From assembly GCF_006345805.1 (NCBI RefSeq), contig NC_042997.1, positions 145,390,001 to 145,454,000 on the forward strand: 64,000 nt of DNA, given 5' to 3'. This DNA comes from Octopus sinensis. Its lineage: Eukaryota. This document shows, piece by piece, positions 13,971 through 27,239 of the stretch. The notes under the pieces were generated by a model that saw nothing but the letters and a program-made list of their open reading frames with translations, had not been told where the DNA came from and made no database searches. Position 1 is the stretch's first letter; each line of letters begins with the position of its first letter. The position numbers and the translations under genes are program-made.

Positions 13971-14608
13971 TGAAAATTTGCTTTGGTGAACTGTGCGTAA
14001 GTTTATCTAAATAGCTGTTGATTATTAGTTAGTTTCGTATAAGAGAAGACGCTGGTGCGGCAGTGGTGGAAATGGGGGGAAAAAAAGGCAGCAGATGACA
14101 GAAGATGGCGGTGGAGTCTACTGAAAGCGTGGTGGAGGTCAGAAGAGGGCTGTGATAGTGTCGAAAGGGTGGTGGGGCTGTTGAAAGTGCAGCGGATTGC
14201 AGAAGATGGAGATAGGACAGTAGGAAAGGGCAGTAGGTGGTATAAGAGGCTGGTTAGACATCAGAAAGGGCAATAAACAGTAAAAGATGGTGACGGGAGA
14301 GATGAAAGGGTGTATTTAGCAGTAGAATCGTTTGACCGCATGAGAAAATAAATGTCTTGATGCGACATTTAGTAAAGGTTTCTAAATTCTACACTTTGTG
14401 AGTTCAAACCTTGCTATAGTTAACTTGTCTTACGTCATTCAGAGGTCGATAAAGTAGCAGTCAAAAATGTAATATCAATTATGACATTCTTAGAAGTGCA
14501 TGACCTTGTGTCGTCGCAATTACAGAGAAGATCGATCATAATGACTATCCCCTACATGCGCGCGCACGCACGCACACGCGCGCGCACACATACACAAACG
14601 CACACACA

Positions 14609-14821
14609 TGAGGGGTTGCCGAAAAATTCCTGGCTTTAATAGCAATGCGATAAAACCTGGTTGGAGGCCCAACCTTCCGTCTTCTTTTGCAGGGCTCAGG
14701 AAAACTGAAGGACCGCTGCTATAAGTGTGTGAATCTGAGAGGGGAATATGTTGAATAAAATCAAAATACATATATATATATTTTCTTTTACTGACAGCAA
14801 GAAACTTTTCGGCATCTCCTC

Positions 14822-14822
<1 letters not shown>
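14609..14822 (+). mobile_element. Mariner-derived MITE
   Basis: TIR tgaggggttgccgaaaa / ttttcggcatctcctcg; internal aagtgtgtgaatctgagaggggaatatgttgaa encodes the mariner C-terminus KCVNLRGEYVE. Confidence 0.75.
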
Positions 14823-14866
<44 letters not shown>

Positions 14867-15517
14867 GTGTGTGTGTGTGTTTGTGTAAGTGTGTGTGTGT
14901 GTATGTATATATGTATATATATATATTGTTTATAAACAATCACCCATATTACCCCATGATAAAATTTCCTCTGTATTAACATCATACGTTTTATTAGCAT
15001 CTTGCCCCTTTAACTGGTAATTAATATCATGATTTCGGGTCTTCTCCTACCTAGACTCCTTTATAGACAGTTACTTTATGCCCGATTTACTACTCCTAAT
15101 ATCTTGACAATATTTATAACCATACCTAGCCGGGTGTTATCAACTCACTCTTGCTCTTCATTCCAAAGAGACATATGCCTCTAGTTTTAGATTTAGTAGT
15201 TGATAAAAAGACAAATTAGAAATGAACTACAAGCTATGACCCAGTAAGCTTCATGCCTTTCTTGGAATTGTAGTATATTCTTAGCTACAATAGCGACAAC
15301 TTGGATTTCTTCCATGTTCTTGCTTTGTTAATGTATTTGAGTAAAATTATATTAATGTGTCTGACTGATTAAAATTCAATTTATTTGCGCAGCTGATGAT
15401 AGCCCTGCATTTAAATTGATGTAACGATTGCATTGTTCAATTAAATGGAGCCGCTTGAAACCCTCGTACTGCATCACTTCTTGATATCCTGTTGCTTATT
15501 TTAATTTTGTATGTATG

Positions 15518-15592
<75 letters not shown>

Positions 15593-15704
15593 GTGCATGC
15601 ATATATATGTATATATATGTATATACACATGTATATATATATATATATTTATATATGTGTGTATATGTATTTATATGTGTATATGTATATATGTATATAT
15701 ATAT

Positions 15705-16090
15705 AAGTGGAAGCACAATGGCCCAGTGTTTCGGGCAGCGGACTCGCGATCATATTATCGCGATTTCAATTCCCAAACCGCGTGTTGTGAGTGTTTATTG
15801 AGCGAAAACACCTAAAGCTCCACGACGCTCCGGAAGAGGGTGGTGACGAACCCTGCTGTATTCTTTCACCGCAACTTTCTCTCTCACTCTTTCTTCCTGT
15901 ATCTATTGTACCTGTATTTCTAATGGCCGGCCATGATATACTCTGTGATGCTGAATTTCACCAAGAACTATGTTAAGAGTACACGTATCTGTGGAGTGCT
16001 CAGCCACTTGCACATTAATTTCACGAGCAGGCTGTTCTGTTGATCGGAACATCTGGAACCATCGTAGTCGTAACCGACGGAGTGCCACGA
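15705..16090 (+). mobile_element. SINE family C variant
   Basis: tRNA-like head plus tail ...ttaatttcacgagcaggctg...gtcgtaaccgacggagtgcc, shared with 25045-25370 and 52490-52815. Confidence 0.7.
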
Positions 16091-16797
16091 TGATATATAC
16101 ATATATATATAATACAAAATGGGACAAGCTCGCTAAACATCAAGACAGTTAGGTGAAACAAAAAAGGGGACAACAAAACATGCAGATAGACGATACAAAG
16201 AAAACAAGGACGGGTCATTCGGAGTTTTCTTTCCTCAGTCGAGTTCCAGATTATCTTTGCGATTTCGGCTGGTTATACTCGAGATTGCTCCAATAGCTCC
16301 AGTCACTGGGCTGCAGCCATGCTGGGTGTAGTGCCATCGTAAAGGGTTTCAGTCGAACAAATTGACTCCAGTACTTAATTTTCTTTTTGTGCTTATTTTA
16401 CCGATCCTATAACCTCACCGCTAGTTTTGGAGGTGGTGATGTGAACAGCAGAAGATATATGCATTTCTGATACAATAGAATTATGTGTTTACGTATCTTA
16501 GTCTTGTCCGGTCGACATTACGACAGTATGTGATAAATCAGCTGCAACGGGAAAATGTACTAAGTGTACTCTGTAAAGCAAAAGAGCTTACAATCGTAGG
16601 AAACATGTCAAAAATAGAACATACAAACGATGCCATTCTCTGAAACACCTACGAGGATAGTAGCATCTTACAAAAACGGAATCGGACTTTGATGACCTGT
16701 CTAACACATGCCAGCATAGACAATGGACATGGAACGATTATATACACATACATACACACATACACACAAGCATGCATACACACATATACACGTATTA

Positions 16798-17019
16798 CGA
16801 GGGGATGCGGAAATGTTCCTGGTTTTAAGGATGTCGCGAAAGGCCCGATTGGAGGCCTAATCCTCCGAGTTCTTTTACATGGCTTAGAAAAACTAAAGGA
16901 CCACTGCAATAAGTGTGTGAATCTGAGAGGGGAATATGTTGAATTAATTCATAATTAACCGATCCTCCTGTATTGTATTTTCTTTTACCGAAAGTCAGAG
17001 ACTTTTCAGCACCCCTTCA
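16798..17019 (+). mobile_element. Mariner-derived MITE (same family as 14609)
   Basis: ta|cgagggg...cagcaccccttca|ta; encodes KLKDHCNKCVNLRGEYVE. Confidence 0.75.
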
Positions 17020-17061
17020 TATATTACATTATATTTTACTATGCTTTATTATATCATGCTC

Positions 17062-17275
17062 TTAGGTTGGCGAGCTGGCACTATCATTGGAACACTGGAC
17101 AAAGTGTTTCGAAGTATTCTTTACGTTCTGAGTTGAAATTCTGCCTAGGTAGACTTTTGTTTTTCATCGTTTCTGAATCGATGAAGTAAATTCTAGTTGA
17201 TCAGTGGAGTTAACGTAATCGACTTGCAACATGCCCATAAAATTTGCTGGCCTTGTGCCAAATTTTGAAGCAATT
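17062..17275 (+). mobile_element. SINE family A variant (ctggccttgtgccaaa tail)
   Basis: ggcgagctggc head with an alternative tail; related copies at about 20570, 28780(-), 36950(-), 38415, 49745(-), 60480 and 62820. Confidence 0.65.
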
Positions 17276-17806
17276 ATACTATACTCTATTACAAACATAT
17301 TTATATATAAATACATAGAAAGATTAATATATTTTTAATAATGATTGATAATACAGACACGGAGCGACACATCTTGATAACAGAGGTATAATTAATTAGA
17401 TCGATTCAGAACTTGTCTACTTTTTATTTTATATGGTAAATTCCAGAACCAGAGGAATATGATAAATGTCAGCATCAATGCCAATAAAGCAGAACAAAGG
17501 TTTCTAGTATATCGGATAAATTCCATCACTGTGAGGAGTATGAAAATCTAACATTTTAAACTCATACCCTTTGCCAGAGAGTAGAACGAAGCGATGAAGT
17601 TGTTAGGCAGGCTTACGGTACAGCCAGCCAGACCAAGAGCAACTCTTCAGCCTTTTTTACTCTATGATGAATGACAATATCCCGAAGCGTTACATTTTTT
17701 ACTCGTTATAATAATAAGCTTATTCGCCATACTACTTAATCTATTGTCTGCTTCGGTATGTTTTGAACTGAAAATGCAAAAGAACGTGGCTAACCACCAT
17801 TATGTG

Positions 17807-17843
<37 letters not shown>

Positions 17844-18244
17844 CTTGTCATAAACAAATGTCTGTACATAAATCACATTCATATGCCTTTATACATACAT
17901 TTTTAACATTCATATACCCACATATGTATTCTTGGGAGTTTATGAAAATGCAAATTACATGCGTATTTGTGGTTTATAACAAGCTTCAGTACCGCAAGGA
18001 AAATCTTAGCGTAAATTTGTGCACATTTACACCTATATGCATTTGAACTGTTCGTGTGTGTATGTATGTGCATGCGTTTATATATTTGTTGGTGAATGAG
18101 TGGTTTCTAATAATTATAATTTGCCTTTAAAAATCAGAGATCTACCAACATATCTGCATATAACTGGCTTAAGGAAACGCGTAGATTGGGAAGGTTTGTG
18201 CGCGTTATGCTCCTTCGCATCATACCCAAATGCATTTAAATTGC

Positions 18245-18315
<71 letters not shown>

Positions 18316-18918
18316 GTGTGTGTGTAAGAGAGAAAGAGAGAAAGACAGAGAGAGCTAATATATATGCTTTAATGCTTAAATAATTATAATTTTACTTCAA
18401 GTCTCTGAAATCCAAATTCTTTCATCTTGTCAACACCAGGCATAATATATGTAAGTGAACGTTTGTATGTCTCAAGCTGAAGGGCACAGTTTTTCACCTA
18501 GGTAGCTGAGATTTGCATAGGAGGCATATCTTTTCAAAGAAAGGTCGAGGAATTATGCAAATTAGTACATTTTGAGAAAAGTAAAATGTTTTCCCAGTAA
18601 ACGATAAATAAAAATAGAGTGAAAATTCTTTTCACGTTCTCTATTTCTTTGCTTACTTTATTCTACATTTTTTAAAGCACAGCTTGAAACATTTTCTGAT
18701 TTGCTTGGCTGTAATAATTCTTAGTAAATCAACATTCTTAGACTAAGTGAAGATTGTCCGCATCTTTTTTTTTCGGTGTAATAAATTGATATTTGCATAA
18801 AGAACAATATGGATCAAAACAATGACGTATATATTCGTTCCCGCGGCATCGAACTTGAATATGCTAATCACTAATGTGTTCCAACTTCAGAGAACACCAT
18901 ATTATATTCGTATAATAT

Positions 18919-19150
18919 ATTTCTTTACTACCCACAAGGGGCTAAACACAGAGGGGACAAAGAAGGACAGACAAATGGATTAAGTCGACATCGATCCCAG
19001 TGCGTAACTGGTACTTAATTTATCGACCCCGATAGGATGAAAGGCAAAGTCGACGTCGGCGGAATTTGAACTCAGAACGTAACGGCAGACGAAATACGGC
19101 TGCGCATTTCGCCCGGCGTACTAACGTTTCTGCCAGCTCGCCGCATTATA
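18919..19150 (-). mobile_element. SINE family A, full length, with 15-bp TSD
   Basis: atattcgtataatat at 18904-18918 and 19151-19165. Confidence 0.9.
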
Positions 19151-19189
19151 ATATTCGTATAATATGCGTTCATAACACTCAAAGTCTTT

Positions 19190-19560
19190 AAGAAATACAA
19201 CAGCTGTCTATAACTGTATCTTGAGAATTCTTTGACAAGCACAGTTGTTCTCTCTGGACTCTCGCTTTGGGCGTTGTACGTGATTGTCTGCACGTTTCAC
19301 GTGATTATGGTGAGATACGTTTGTTTTTGTTTCCCTTTTGTCTTACGTCCACAAGTTTGGGATATCTGCCATCAATGGTGCGCTGGCTTGAATAAACGAA
19401 GCAGGCAATGTTTAGGGCACGTTTTCTACATCCTTCTCCACACTATGGAGGTGAGCATGGGTTCAAGAAATGTATGCTCAGTCACTCAAGGGCTGCTAGA
19501 CCCCTATCTCTGACCCACCCCAGTAAAGAACGACCTTGTGCTCTGAACCGCGTCTAAAGT
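19190..19560 (-). mobile_element. RTE-clade LINE 5' fragment (APE endonuclease N-terminus)
   Basis: Minus-strand translation YLTIIT*NVQTITYNAQSESPERTTVLVKEFSRY resembles the RTE motif WNVRTL.D...SDRPERRTALVARELSRY. Confidence 0.65.
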
Positions 19561-19869
19561 TTCCATTTGGTCCTCTGTTTTGCTATTCTTCCGTTGACAT
19601 AGAACATGTGAAATGAAATAGACACATTGAATATTGTGGCCCTAGATACACCACAGATGACTCTTGCATCGCAAATTCACACAACATAGTAAAAATTGCG
19701 TCAAAACCAAGAAATGCTTAAAATTTGACTAACTGATGATTCAACCGTGGAATGGTGTTTCCAGGTCTTAAACACTGTTGCCGTTACATAAATGCTTACA
19801 GTACTTCCTGGTTTTCAAGTAGTACAGATAACAAGATAGATACATAATGCTGTCGTCGCTGCTAGAGTT

Positions 19870-20580
19870 CCTTCATGTCTAAAAACAATCCACATCAATG
19901 CGTATACAAACATCACCAAGTAAAGCACAACAACTCTTCCCTGGGTTTTCTCTTCTATTCTCGACTTCAAGCGACCAAATTCATTAGGCTAATAATTCCG
20001 CAACTTTCCTCAGATCACCAATTACTATCCCAACACGCTCGTACATCAATGAAGAAAGGCAAAATCAATTTCACAAACTTCAAATAAATAAATAAATAAA
20101 TAAATGTATAACGACACGAGTTCCACTAAGAAACAGAATTAAGGTTTACAGAATTTATCAACCGACAGTCGCCATCATAGACGTTGCAGTACAATATATT
20201 CAACAAATTTATTACAGATGCATCTAAAGAAGTCCCATAAGGTAACGTATAAAAATACAATCCCAGTTACACACTAGAAACAGCTAACCTCATAAAAACC
20301 AAATACAAGCTCAAACATAATACACTAAAGCCGTAGACAACCGAAATAAAATTCAGCTTCAAACAGCTAAATAAAGAAATAACAAACGAAAATTTAGATA
20401 AAGAAAATGACAAATATTTGTTTCCAACATAAACCATAAAACTAATAGTAAAACTGTTAATGTACAGTAATCACCATCATCATCAACATCAACGTTTGTA
20501 TTGCATCTCATGCCACAATAACAATTACTCAGAGCATATCTACACGGCAACATGTACCAAACACGAAGAGGACTGGCGAG
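19870..20580 (+). mobile_element. Possible highly decayed Penelope-like fragment
   Basis: Weak motif resemblance only (ITNYYPN, KYNPSY, IYTATC). Confidence 0.25.
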
Positions 20581-21091
20581 TTGGTAGCGGCATTTCGTCT
20601 GTGTCTTTTACGCTATGAGTTTAAATTCCCGTGAGGTCGACTTGGCCTTTCATCCTTTCGGGTTCGATAAAATAAATAATCCGTTTATCCTCTTCCCCAA
20701 AATTTGAAATCAATATATTAGGATTTAACACAACTCCTTTACAACATTTGCAACACACATGAAAAACATTGTAAAGTAAGAAAGCAACAGAAAAAACCCC
20801 CAAAAAAGAACAACTGTGTATAACTATACATTAGATCCATCATTACCTTTGTCAGTCCTGTCAAGTCTCCTATCTCTCAACGTCACACTACAATAAACTA
20901 ATAACACAGCAGATCCGAAATTTCTGTACAGAAGTAGTTTTTTCAAGTAATTACTGAAATCATTACAATTTTTGGGAGAAATTAAAAATAATCAAATTAC
21001 AAATCTTTAAGGATTGAAATTTGTTTTAGAATTTCAGCCGATCGGATAGCGGCTATTTTCGATATGCCGGAAGTCGGAATAGCGACGTCTA

Positions 21092-21119
21092 TTCTTCTTC
21101 TTCTTCTTCTTCTTCTTCT

Positions 21120-21192
<73 letters not shown>
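21092..21192. repeat. (TTC)n-(TTA)n microsatellite
   Basis: Direct observation. Confidence 0.95.
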
Positions 21193-21193
<1 letters not shown>

Positions 21194-21404
21194 TTTGTGA
21201 GAAATTAATATTAAAAACGCTACACAACCATTTTTTAATTAAGAAAAAATTTTTGTTGAAAATGGCCGCATCGTATTCGCTGAGAATAAAAAAACAATTT
21301 CAATCTTTAATTATTCGTAACTTCTTTATTTTTAAATTCACCATAATAATACATTTATGTTGAAATTATCAAAACTAAAAATAAAAAAAAATAAAAAAAT
21401 CCAA

Positions 21405-21690
21405 TCTGGCTTAGTGGTTAGGATGTTGCACTCACGATTGCGAGATCGCATTTTCGAATCCCAGAGCAGGCGCTGCATTGTGTTCTTGAGCAAAACACTT
21501 GATTTCATGTTGTTCGGTGATCATTTCGTTACCTGACGTGTGGCATTCCGTGCACCTGTATAAGTAATGCCGATCTGGCGAAGGGAATGGGCTTATGTGA
21601 ACACAAACATTTGATCGCTATAAACAAATCATTGGTGCGGTGTTCAGCAAGAAATTGCAGAATTCTTATACATTGTCTAACGACAGAAGA
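21405..21690 (+). mobile_element. SINE family C variant (tRNA head plus CORE-like segment)
   Basis: tggcttagtggttagg A-box, ttcgaatccc B-box, ttgtgttcttgagcaaaacactt CORE-like segment. Confidence 0.6.
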
Positions 21691-21710
21691 GTCCATGATA
21701 ACACACACAT

Positions 21711-21775
<65 letters not shown>

Positions 21776-21902
21776 GTACGTACAATATGTACAGGGCACC
21801 CATAAAAAATAAGCCCAGGGGTTGATTTGTTCGCCTAAAAAACCCTCAAGAGAGTGCTCCAGCATGGATGCATTCAAATGACCGATACAAGAATATATAT
21901 AT

Positions 21903-22140
21903 ATTTATACTTTATGGATCAACAAGGCTACCATTGGTTTCATATTGAGAGAAATCTCCACAATTGTCAAGCCTGCTGCATGAGACGTCGCTGCACGTCT
22001 TTATCTTGGATGAAAATACGATGGAGACGAAGATAAACTGGAGACAAGCAACAACGTCTCATCTGGTAGACTTGATAATTGTTGAGATTTCTCTCGAGAT
22101 GAAACTAACAGCAGGTTTGTTAATCCATAAATAAAGAATA
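21903..22140. mobile_element. Foldback MITE-like imperfect palindrome
   Basis: Nested inverted repeats ttatggatcaaca/tgttaatccataa, gagagaaatctc..aattgtcaag/cttgataatt..gagatttctctc and atgagacgt/acgtctcat. Confidence 0.7.
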
Positions 22141-22469
22141 TTTACCCACTAATGCAGTGTTATATGTTGTATACGTGTGTATGTATCACGAGTACACTGC
22201 TACGGGTACTCAGTCCAGACAGCATAAGGAACACATACAGAGACAGAAATAACTGCAACATCAATAGCCTCACTGGCCCTAAAGCACTGTGTTGGGATAA
22301 ACATCACCATCAATAACTGCAGTGGAACAGCTGCCGGTTTCTGGTGCACAATATCCAGACAGTAACATTAAGTCCTGTACAATTCATCACTGCATGCTGG
22401 ATTATATTGTCTTATTCTCAGCTAGGCTGAGTGACACGGTGTAACCGTTAAAGGAGAATTCAGAGAGAG

Positions 22470-23065
22470 AACCTCTATATGGTCACTAAACATGCTAGAA
22501 ATAGCAGCCAAAACTTACTTAAACAGAAATCCTCCAACTTTCAAAAAAGGTGGGACACACATTTGTTAATGTAATCTGAGACACCTTTGTAAAAGTGGAG
22601 ACGGCCATGGCTAGAATATCTTTAATCGTAGCTATGTTTCATCAGAAATGAGTCGGATCTGAACAGCAAGTCTAAACTACAAGTTAAAGAGTTGGCCTCT
22701 ACGTGGTCGGTCAGCTTATTAGAAATAGCAGCCAAATCTTCAAATCATACACCGCTGTCTTGAAAGAAGCAGGACTAAATACAATATGTCTCAATAAAAA
22801 AACGAGAAGGGATGGGTGCGGCTGGATCGCTTTTGATCATAGGCCTACATGTTCAAGGTTAGCCTAGGGCTAAAGATCAACTGGAACAGCAACAATCAAG
22901 GAGTTTCTACGTGATTGTTCGAAACAGAAATAACAGTAAAAATCTCAATTAAAACAAGCACCACCTTCTTAAATAAGAAAAAACACGTCGGACAATTTAA
23001 TGGTGGACACTCTTAAAAAGACGGGATGGTCAACGGATAGAATTCTTTCCATTATAGATTTATAC
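22470..23065 (+). repeat. Three tandem diverged copies of a ~200-bp dispersed repeat (tagaaatagcagccaaa family)
   Basis: The motif recurs at ~22497, ~22720 and ~22925, and also at ~50740 and ~52420 (reverse). Confidence 0.55.
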
Positions 23066-23112
23066 GATAATGGCTAACCTGGAGTTATACAACAACAACA
23101 ACAACAACAACA

Positions 23113-23183
<71 letters not shown>

Positions 23184-23222
23184 CACCACTACTACTACTA
23201 CTACTATGTTCCCACGTCCAAT

Positions 23223-23380
23223 ACAGGCGCAGGCGTGATTGTGTGGTAAGAAGCTTGCTTCCCAACCACATGGTTCCGGGTTCAGTCCCGCTGCGGGGCA
23301 CCTTGGGTAAGTGTCTTCTACTAGGGCCGATCAAAGCCTTGTGAGTAGATTTGCTAGACGGAAACTGAAAGAATCCCGTC

Positions 23381-23442
<62 letters not shown>

Positions 23443-23615
23443 GTACATGTTTGTGTGTTCATGTTTGTCCCCCCACCATCGGTTGACAGTTCGGCAAAAG
23501 TGATCGATAGAATAAGTACTAGGCTTACAAAGAATAAGTTCTGCAGTCGATTTGTTCGACTAAAGGCGGTGCTTCAGCATGGCCGCACTCAAATGACTGA
23601 AAAAAGAATAAAAGA
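23223..23615 (+). mobile_element. SINE family B, full length (reference copy with an empty target site)
   Basis: ggcgcaggcgtgattgtgtggtaagaagcttgcttcccaaccacatggttccgggttcagtccc head; CORE-like caccttgggtaagtgtctt; (TA)n; tail. Confidence 0.9.
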
Positions 23616-24970
23616 ATTTTTTTTTAAGATATCAGTTTTAAGATGTCATTACATAATATTTCTGCCCCGGCTTGACCGAATGTCTAGCGCACTAACGATT
23701 CTCTGGCATATATATATTCCTCTTTGGATGAAACGCCAATCCGTAGCAGTATTACTCATTTTTCCAGCTAAATGGAGTGGTGCAACGTGAAATGAAGTGT
23801 TTTGCTGGAAGACACAACACATCACCGGATCCAGGAATCGAAACCCCAATCTTACGATCATGAGTCCAACATCTTAGCCATTAAGCCATGCGTCTTCCCT
23901 TATCCTATAATTCAAAGGAAAGTAGCTCGTCAATTTGCTTGAACATTCGCAGTACTCATCGTCGAAACCGAAGGAGGATCATTTATTTTACTAATATACT
24001 AATGTCTATGGAAAATTAGCGAGCATTCAAGGATGACGACATTAGGTGTGGTTAGAAAAATAATTTTAGCCTTTTATCACCACTAACCTTGTCAATATAT
24101 TTTGTGGTAAATTCTATACCGCTCTTCATATGGCAGCAACAGCAACCGCAGTAGTAGTGGTGGTCGCGGTTATTTCGGTGGGATAGTGGTGGCGATGTTT
24201 GTAGTGGAATACAAGTAATAGAAGAAACACAATAATGATCTAATGTTTCTTCCATTGCAAAACATGTTGTTTAAGGTTTGATGTGTAATACTGCTCTGGT
24301 GGTAATGTTTGTATATTCATCGAAGGTGCTCTGCAGTAAATATATCGAATTTATCGTCTGCCTTTGAGAAGAAAGAGCGAGAAAAAAGACGTGAATCGAA
24401 TTATATAGTGAAATATTTATCACCTGCATTTAAGACACTTCTGGTGCCATTGACGTAAATTAAGAGCATTCATGGCATCTGTTGCAAAAATAATGGCGTT
24501 GCGACATGAAAGAAAAATGTCTTTTAGTCCACTGGAATGTCTTAATATAATAACATTGAATAATGGTATAGCTTACAAAGCGTTAATTGGAATTTCAAAA
24601 ACGATAAATAAAGAAGTAAAAGAACGAAGTATGGCAACCTTAAAATGCCAAAATTATATTATCAAGAGACATTTTTTAAGATTCCTTTCTATTCAAACAC
24701 TGCGTAATTATTCGCCTTGAAATAGGATTCTACCTACAATAGGAAGTTAGTGAATTTGAAATTTCCGAAATTGTTTTAAGATTTACAATATTCTACATTC
24801 AAAACCAGGTCTTTGAAAATGCATAACTTGATACATAAAAGTGAATATATGTATATAGTTAAGTCTAAAGTTATGAGATAGGGTTTTGCATTAAGGCGAC
24901 TTGATTTTTAAACAGGCAACATCTTTTCAAAAGAAAAAAGCATATTATCACACACACACACACACACACA

Positions 24971-25001
<31 letters not shown>

Positions 25002-25044
25002 TACACAAATACATACGTACGTATATACATACATACATACATAC

Positions 25045-25370
25045 ATAAAGGAGCACTCCGTTGGTTACGACGACGAGGGTCCCAGCTGATACGATCAACG
25101 GAATAGCTTGCTCGTGAAATTAACGTGCAAGTGACTGAGCAATCCACAGACACGTGTACCCCTAACGTAGTTCTCAGGGAGATTCAGCGTGACACAGAGT
25201 GTGACAAGGCCGGCCCTTTGAAATACAGGTACAACTCATTTTTGCCAGCTGAATGAACTGGAGCAACGTGAAATAAAGTGTCTTACTCAAGGACACAACG
25301 CGTCGGGAATTGAGCTCACGACCTTACAATCGGGAGCCGAACGCCCTAACCACTAAACCATGCGCCTTCA
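25045..25370 (-). mobile_element. SINE family C, full length
   Basis: Reverse-strand head gaaggcgcatggtttagtggttaggg, CORE-like gtgtccttgagtaagacacttta, tail gtcgtaaccaacggagtgc. Confidence 0.85.
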
Positions 25371-25570
25371 CACATACATACATACATACATACATACATA
25401 CATACATACATACATACATGCATACACACACACATACATACATACATACATACATACATACATACATACATACATACATACAACATACATACATACATAC
25501 ATACATACATACATACATACATACACGCATACATACATACACATGCTTGCATACATTCATACATACATAT
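25371..25570. repeat. (TACA)n microsatellite
   Basis: Direct observation. Confidence 0.95.
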
Positions 25571-26271
25571 ATACTCTACCCAGATTACAAGTTCAGGTTT
25601 ATACCTGTAATTATTGGCGCACTGGTATATATAACACACTACCTAAGCACCAATTTTGAGATATTGGCCTTCACAAAACCAGAATGGTGAAAGCTGATTC
25701 GAAGACTGCAGGTCCAAGCCATTTCTGGAACTGTAAAAATCTAAAACTTTCCAGACGTTTATCATCTAAGTATATATGTGCGTGTCTAGACATGCAAGTA
25801 TATGCATGAGAAGACATACAAAAAAAAACATACAAATTTGCACATGTACTGACTCCCAATGCTGTATACATACCAATCTCAATTCAATTTGGATGTTCAT
25901 CTTGTAGTTTGCTTAAGAAAGCCAGTCCACGGGTATCGGCTATCAGATAGAGTTTACGGCGAAAACAGATCGTTTTACTGAAGATATATCGGAAAATCAC
26001 TGAGTATCCGTGGTGTTTATATGAATATTAACAAGGAGACTGGAGCAATCTGGTGTATCCATACGCCTGAGAAGTTGAAGTTTTCTAGGGTTGTCGAAAT
26101 AATACTGATACAATGTATCATTTTGTATATCATATAATATCTCAGCAATAAACTTCTGGTAAAGCGTTGATGAAACAATTGTTGAATTATGCGGTAAAAT
26201 GTGTTGCCCACTCCATTCTCCTTGCTTACGTATGCGCGCGCGTGTATATATATATATACGCGAAGACAGGT

Positions 26272-26320
<49 letters not shown>

Positions 26321-26344
26321 GCCAAGACAGGTGGTGTACAAAAC

Positions 26345-26900
26345 AGATGTATTAGTATAACGCTCAGTAACAGAAAAAGTCTTTTACGTTTCGAGCCTAC
26401 GCTCTTCTACAGAAAGGGACACAGAAAAAACAAGGAGAGAAACAAATATTATATAACTAAATTGAAGGAATGGCCAGGTAAAATCCAGGCTACATATGTT
26501 TCCTAGCTAGCAGAACCTCGGAAGTCATAATTATTCAACGAGGAGTACTCGACTAGCTACTCATCAGGCTGAAGATACCTTAGTTAAATTAAGAAAAACA
26601 TGCATGAAGAAATAGGATATGGGAGTGGGAAAATGTCTAAAGTTGTCAAGAAAAAAAAAGAATAAAGAGAAGGTGAGGGGGAAGAGGGGAGAATCTTGGT
26701 TAGATTGAAGCTCTGTGAATATAAGGCTGGAATTCATTTACTAAGTCAACTGTAAATAAATATATTGTCGCACTCATGTATATACATTTAAACCGAATCA
26801 AAGAAAATTAAAGGGAAGAATTTTAAAGGTAATATTGTCAGGAGTGCAAGAGGAAGAGAAAATTTAAGAGTGGTAGTAAGGTGAACTTGTTAGGAAGCAA
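26345..26900 (-). mobile_element. Penelope-like 3'UTR/pseudo-LTR remnant with two hammerhead-like motifs
   Basis: 26750-26890 is the reverse complement of 31500-31650, which follows a GIY-YIG fragment; hammerhead-like motifs at 26381-26416 and ~26485-26585. Confidence 0.6.
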
Positions 26901-27239
26901 AATCGGTGGGATGGCGACGACAGCAGTGCTAGGGGGAAGGCAGACTTGTGTAGTTATGCAGAAATTTATGTATGACTGTAGTAGGGAGAAATAAAGATTA
27001 TATTACCTTTTACTTCTTTCTATGAGGGAGAAAAAGAAAAAGATTATGTATCTTTTATTACTCTCTTGTACATCCATATATAAACTAAAGTATTCCAGGG
27101 TTATGGAAAAGCAAAAATCAATTATTTATACTAAACATTACCGAGATCTTAAATTTGTATTTGTATTTTGAAGGTAATACTCTTCAGAAAAACATACTTA
27201 ATAGGTGCAACCAAGGCTGTATGATTAAAAAGCTCTCTT

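Noticed and set aside
16205-16245. CTGAGGA...GAAT...GTC on the minus strand resembling a hammerhead
   Set aside because: GAAA is broken and stems I, II and III do not pair.
17460-17680. Weak CR1-like post-RT similarity (also at 22270-22400)
   Set aside because: Too degenerate to support without an alignment.
23223-23300. tRNA-like sequences with A and B boxes
   Set aside because: These are SINE heads that continue into CORE-like bodies and lack a complete cloverleaf; no true tRNA gene is called.
25900-26260. ORFs 25997-26341 and 26017-26325 next to the hammerhead motifs
   Set aside because: Only a faint TTDTQ resemblance to PLE sequence, and they start in a microsatellite; not supportable as coding.
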